DNA of 64,000 nucleotides, taken from contig JAUCBJ010008939.1 of the NCBI GenBank assembly GCA_032718475.1, positions 1-64,000 of the forward strand, in the 5' to 3' direction. The position numbers were made by a program, and so were the translations under genes. The notes below the pieces were generated by a model. The model had not been told where the DNA came from. It saw nothing but the letters and a program-made list of their open reading frames with translations, and made no database searches. Position 1 is the first letter of the stretch. The number at the start of each line of letters is the position of its first letter. Below are positions 58,884 through 64,000 of this stretch, one piece after another. The stretch comes from Nemertoderma westbladi (lineage: Eukaryota; Animalia; Xenacoelomorpha).

Positions 58884-60872
58884 GGGCAATTCCATCGTTA
58901 CGGACTCACATTCGAACGAAATTTTCGAAATTAATTGACATATTTAATTAACAACTTTACAATAGAAATAACAATTAGCTGTGGTGGGTGATGGATTAAT
59001 GGTACATCTTTACTTTGACTTATAAAAAAGAGTTATATCTCATTAGATTCATGGGATATTGTAAATATAGTACCCGTTACGGACTCACATGCAAATGGAC
59101 AAAGAAAAATTACTCCATTTTATTTTGACAAATTCTCTTGAAATGTTTAACGCCATACGTTATAACTTTCACAATGCGAGGTAGATACATCAAATTTTGT
59201 AAATTTGTAAGTTAATAGCAAAAACATATGGTGGTAAACCTCATTTATAGATAAATTGTTCGTTACGGACTCACAGAAAAAAATGTTACGGACTCACACT
59301 TGAAATCGTTATGCACTCGTTATATTGTTTTGACAAAAGAGCAACGACCAATGAATGTTTATGGTATTTATTCAATAAATATCTTTATTACTTATATACC
59401 TTTCACAATGTACAGTACCTTAAGAATCACTAATAGATATCTTTAGTAGTGTTCATGAAATTAACTGTACATCATATCTATAAGATTGAGTAGGCATATT
59501 TGGTGTGTGTATTATAGTAACTAGTGTATATTTAATATCGATCCTAAAAGTTCATATGACCATAATTTGTTAAAATGAGCAATTTCTAGTTCTTTAAAAA
59601 CATAAATACCACGTTCATGGAAACTTTTTTATACTGGAAAATAAATTTTGAACAGTACAGTATTTCGATGTATTTATGATTTAACTATCACTGTACTTAA
59701 GTTATTCCACCTTGGCGTAGTTGGTTAAATTGGTGGCATTTAAATCACATCTCTCCTTGAGTCGTGGGTTCGATCCCATCATGAGGGCTAGGGTAGTTTT
59801 CGTTTCGGCACGAATACTTTAAAGACAATAAACAGACTTATTAGCCAGGGCGCATCTCTTCCTTCCGTAAATGGTAGCTAAATGAGTACTAGAGTCCCTC
59901 TAGGGAATATAGTTATGGGGGGGGGGGGGGGGGGGGGACGCACTGGAAATAAGTAGTCAGACGGGCGATTTTTTTTGTATCACAATCCATAATTCGTTCA
60001 CTCGTTTCATGAAATCTTGGCAAACTTCGAGGGTATCATACTATACCATCTTGGACAGTAATTTCTGTCATCCGTGATATATGCCGTTTGGCCCTTTCAG
60101 CACCAGAAATGTGAGTATTAGACGTAAGAGACAGGATTAAACGGGCGCAATGCATAATATCGTACAGTAGGATGATGTATGTATGAATACGTTCGAATGT
60201 GCTGTCGATGGAGAATTGTCAGACTAAAGGAGCTGAATACTTTCAGTTTACATAGTGAATAATGTATACAAAGCAGAATGATTCTTACCTAACCTACCGC
60301 CTGGTGAGTCCGTAACGGAGAATTTGTGAGTCCGTAACGCTGTTCTTAAACGTTTCAGCTGGAACACAGAACATAGAGACCTAATGGATGGTTTTGATTG
60401 GTTGTAAACCCAAAGGAAAATGATTATCAGTGCAATACATGCGGGGTGTACTCCAAATTAAAACTTTAAGTACTTTTCGTTACGGACTCACATAATTCTG
60501 TAGGCCAAATCTAAATTTTTTGAAACTTTGAATACGCAATGCTACGCTGTCCATATTCAAATTTTTATCATCAATGGCTTCTAATAAATGTTGAATTATC
60601 GGTTGGTGTAATTACCTGTCTTAATCAGAGAATTTCAATGGTAGTAAGATTATGTCAAAAATGACATGGATTAATTTCTGCAAATTTGAAAATACGTAAA
60701 AAAAATTCATCATATTGAATAATGAAAAACCAGTTGTCACCCTCAAAAAAATTAAGAATCCGTCACTTTTATTAAAAATTTCATTCTTTCTCGTCATTTT
60801 GATACCAAAATTATGCCGATTAGTTGACTTTTAATTTTCGAAGTAAGTGTTACATCAATGGTGGAATTGCCC
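58884..60872. mobile_element. Non-autonomous DNA transposon with 4-bp TSD (Sola2-like)
   Basis: AATT|GGGCAATTCCA...TGGAATTGCCC|AATT; motif GTTACGGACTCAC recurs about seven times in both orientations. Confidence 0.75.
59712..59940 (+). mobile_element. tRNA-derived SINE
   Basis: A box TGGCGTAGTTGG, B box GGTTCGATCCC, followed by a cttccttccg...taaatgagtac core-like segment. Confidence 0.6.
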
Positions 60873-61887
60873 AATTGCACTTCTACGCTTGGTGCTGCGC
60901 TGGTGCTCTCACGTATTACTGTATAATAATAATAATAATAATATTGGTTATTTTTATAGCGCTTTTCTATTTATTATACTATGAATAGGCCACAGTAAAG
61001 TACAATATTAAAACTTACCTTTGTCAGGGCTACCACTCAAATATAAATTTCCCACACTTGCTATAATCATCATTTTATATTAGGTCTACTTGGCCTGGCC
61101 CTCCTACATTCCAAAAGTAATGTACGATTGTATTTTGACAAGCTCCCAAAGCTATCACTAGCTACCACGGGCGCTATTATGGTAATTAGTTGTATGCCTA
61201 ATGTATGGTTTCTACGGCCCCTATACAAATTACTTTATTCAGGCCTATATTAACAAAATTTTATTGTTTTAAAACATTTTTTTTTTATGAATACGGTATA
61301 GCTGTTAGACATTTTTTCCGAAAATTCCACGTGGCAGATTATGCGGACCGTGCCATTTACAGTACACCTTTCAGTAATTTACTAGCCAATTGTTTCCAGA
61401 TTTTAATGTTTACTATTGTTTTTGAACATTATAGTAGTGTATACTTGTTATAAAAAATGTTATTGAACAATATATTTTAATGTTTATTACACTTTATTTT
61501 TAACTTTTTCACATAAAAATGTTTGTTAATAAAGTAACAGGGGAAAACACACATTGGATAGGCCTACTACAGAATCCATATTATGGAGGCAGACGAAGCA
61601 TCCGATTACATAGTAGGCCATATGCTGTATGTTCTGTAGGAGAGGCAGGTCAGTAAACGTTATGTTGTGGCACGGTAAATCACTAGAACAGGAACATTTT
61701 TAAGACTACATTATAATAATATTATAAATTACAATTTGTACGATCTACAATACATAATCTCGAACTACTGTGTATACAGACATAATAATATAATAGCTAC
61801 CCATTTGTAATTGGCGTTTTCGAGAATGTAATAATTGCTAATTTTTTATGGAATTTAATCAAGAACACAAATCAAATGTAGACATTA

Positions 61888-62293
61888 CACCATGAACCGT
61901 AATATAGTCTCATTTTCTGATGACACGGACCCCCCCCCCCCCCCAGATTTTTCTACAAATCTTTATCATATTGCTTGAAATTTGAAACACAACTAGTTCA
62001 GCTCACCGTCGAGGACCCCATGAAGCCGGAATTTTCCTTTTAGTCTTTAAAATATTTTATATAAACGTATTAAAAAATATTATTTTGCGAAATTGCACCC
62101 TTCGTATCGCCGCCATTGTTCACATTAGCTTCGATTTGTACAAATAATTGGAAAGCTTTCGTTACAATCCACATACTGAAACAATGTCTGAGTTTCGTTG
62201 AGAAACAGCTGAGATATGCGTTCAAAGATTGCAAGAATTATCGTTCAATAGGGTCCGTGTCATCAATGACACTATTTATTGCGGGTCATGGTG
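61888..62293. mobile_element. MITE of the 4026-4685 family
   Basis: TA|CACCATGAACCGTAAT...GCGGGTCATGGTG|TA; colinear with 4026-4400. Confidence 0.8.
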
Positions 62294-62995
62294 TATGTGC
62301 GCAGGCCTACACCATGCCTGTATGTGCGTAGGCCTACACCATGCGTGTATGTGCGTAGGCCTACACCATGCGTGTATGTGCGTAGGCCTACACCATGCCT
62401 GTATGTGCGTAGGCCTACACCATGCGTGTATGTGCGTAGGCCTACACCATGCGTGTATGTGCGTAGGCCTTCACCATGCGTGTATGTGCGTAGGCCTACA
62501 CCATGCGTGTATGTGCGTAGGCCTACACCATGCGTGTATGTGCGTAGGCCTACACCAAGCGTGTATGTGCGTAGGCCTACACCATGCGTGTATGTGCGCA
62601 GGTCTACACCATGCGTGTATGTGCGTAGGCCTACACCATGCGTGCATGTGCGTAGGCCTACACCATGCGTGTATGTGCGCAGGTCTACACCATGCGTGTA
62701 TGTGCGTAGGCCTACACCATGCGTGTATGTGCGTAGGCCTACACCATGCGTGTATGTGCGTAGGCTTACACCATGCGTGTATGTGCGTAGGCCTACACCA
62801 TGCGTGGATGTGCGTAGGCCTACACCATGCGTGGATGTGCGCAGGCCTACACCATGCGTGTATGTGCGCAGGCCTACACCATGCGTGTATGTGCGCAGGC
62901 CTGCACCATGAGTGTATGTGCGTAGGCCTACACCATGCGTGTATGTGCGTAGGCCTACACCATGCGTGTATGCGCGTAAGCCTACACCATGCGTA
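62292..62995. repeat. 27-bp minisatellite (~26 units)
   Basis: Unit tgtatgtgcgtaggcctacaccatgcg. Confidence 0.95.
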
Positions 62996-63012
62996 GATTG
63001 CGGGTCATTGTG

Positions 63013-63500
63013 TGCATCATGCCCTGGAATATAGCGTCGTTATACAGGTACCTGCCCCCCAGAGATAGTTTCACCTCCCTCCTCCTCCGTGGGTGAGACA
63101 TAATTTTTATTTTTGCTTTCATTCTTTAGATACAAGCGTTTGAAAAAAGGGGCTTCTCGGGCGATATTGCACCAGTCCCACCGCAGTTATTCTTCTACCT
63201 TATAGCTGTTTGTTGGTACCAATGGAAAGCTGGTGATGCAAGGATTCCAAATATGTAAAAACATTTGAATTTGGTTGTGAAACAGCTGAGATATGGGCAT
63301 TCGAAAGTCGCATGTATTTGCGCATCTGGGGGGTGCTATTTTATTCTATTTTATAAATACTCAGAATTCTGGAATATTTATGCATGCATTTCATTCAAAT
63401 TAATTTAATAACTAATGCATGCATAGCTATTTATGAAATAAATAAAATATTCTAGAATTCGGAGTATTTATAAAATAGAATAAATTGCAATTAATCTAAA
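63013..63500. mobile_element. MITE related to 1-500 (opposite orientation)
   Basis: catcatgccctggaatatagcgtcg...aggtacct mirrors 460-500; shared internal block at 63240-63295; right boundary unclear. Confidence 0.45.
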
Positions 63501-64000
63501 ACCCAAAGTCTTAGAGCTAAAAATATACTAAAAAAGTGAATTTTCTGACAATCGATATTGCAACATTGGCAAGAAGAGTTTTAAAAACAGAATAAACAAG
63601 GCAGTATGTAATACTGGTAGATAAGATAATATACATCGTTAATATAATAATTAGTATACACAGAAGTCGGTGCTCTACTGCACACAATGCAACGTAAGCA
63701 TGGAGCATAACACGAGATACTAGATACGAGATACTAGCACGAAACCTGACTCAATATCAGGCGTTCACTAATTTTCGTGCTATTCACAACCTTCGTGCCA
63801 CGTGCTGTAATTTATAGTGATAACAGGTTCGGGCGAGGTGCATATCCAATATCCTTCACGCTTACAAAGTAGTCTTATGATCCTGATCCACTGTGAACTG
63901 AACAAGTGAACAGTTATCGTTTATTTTTGATGCTTTTCTGTGATTTCCTAGGAGGAGCCCACTTGAGTACGGACTCGTCCACCAGTAGCGGAGGTGGGTT

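Noticed and set aside
59712-59780. Possible tRNA gene
   Set aside because: A and B boxes present but no convincing cloverleaf; continues into a SINE-like body.
62229-62996. Cys/His-rich 255-aa and 210-aa ORFs
   Set aside because: Open only because the 27-bp satellite unit lacks stops; they start inside a MITE.

Overview
Repeat-rich animal (invertebrate-like) genomic DNA. Host genes: two exons of a BTBD3/6-type (BACK-PHR) gene on +, whose last coding exon is split by a recent 12 kb BEL/Pao LTR retrotransposon (TSD CTCGA); a multi-exon coiled-coil gene on - (53394 to 46341, possibly continuing at 1133-610) with a paralog near 57.3-58.6 kb; and an intronless TAF7. Mobile DNA: two related BEL/Pao elements (6722-18771 +, internally deleted, intact Gag-PR ORF; 25513-43602 -, full length but decayed), a truncated third LTR, a Polinton-like pPolB fragment split by the second BEL, several MITEs, a tRNA-derived SINE and several minisatellites. 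Most unusual: (1) a ~4.2 kb unit with a pseudogenised ~855-aa protein carrying the three catalytic motifs of bacterial pT181/Rep_trans rolling-circle initiators, plus a 41-bp tandem array, a candidate new animal rolling-circle element; (2) the BEL elements lack a tRNA PBS, and the PBS position is instead complementary, with compensatory changes, to a sequence inside their own LTR (candidate self-priming); (3) they carry a ~1314-aa non-Env accessory ORF with zinc knuckles and a basic tail, behind conserved structured non-coding RNA. All alignments were made by eye and no database searches were run.
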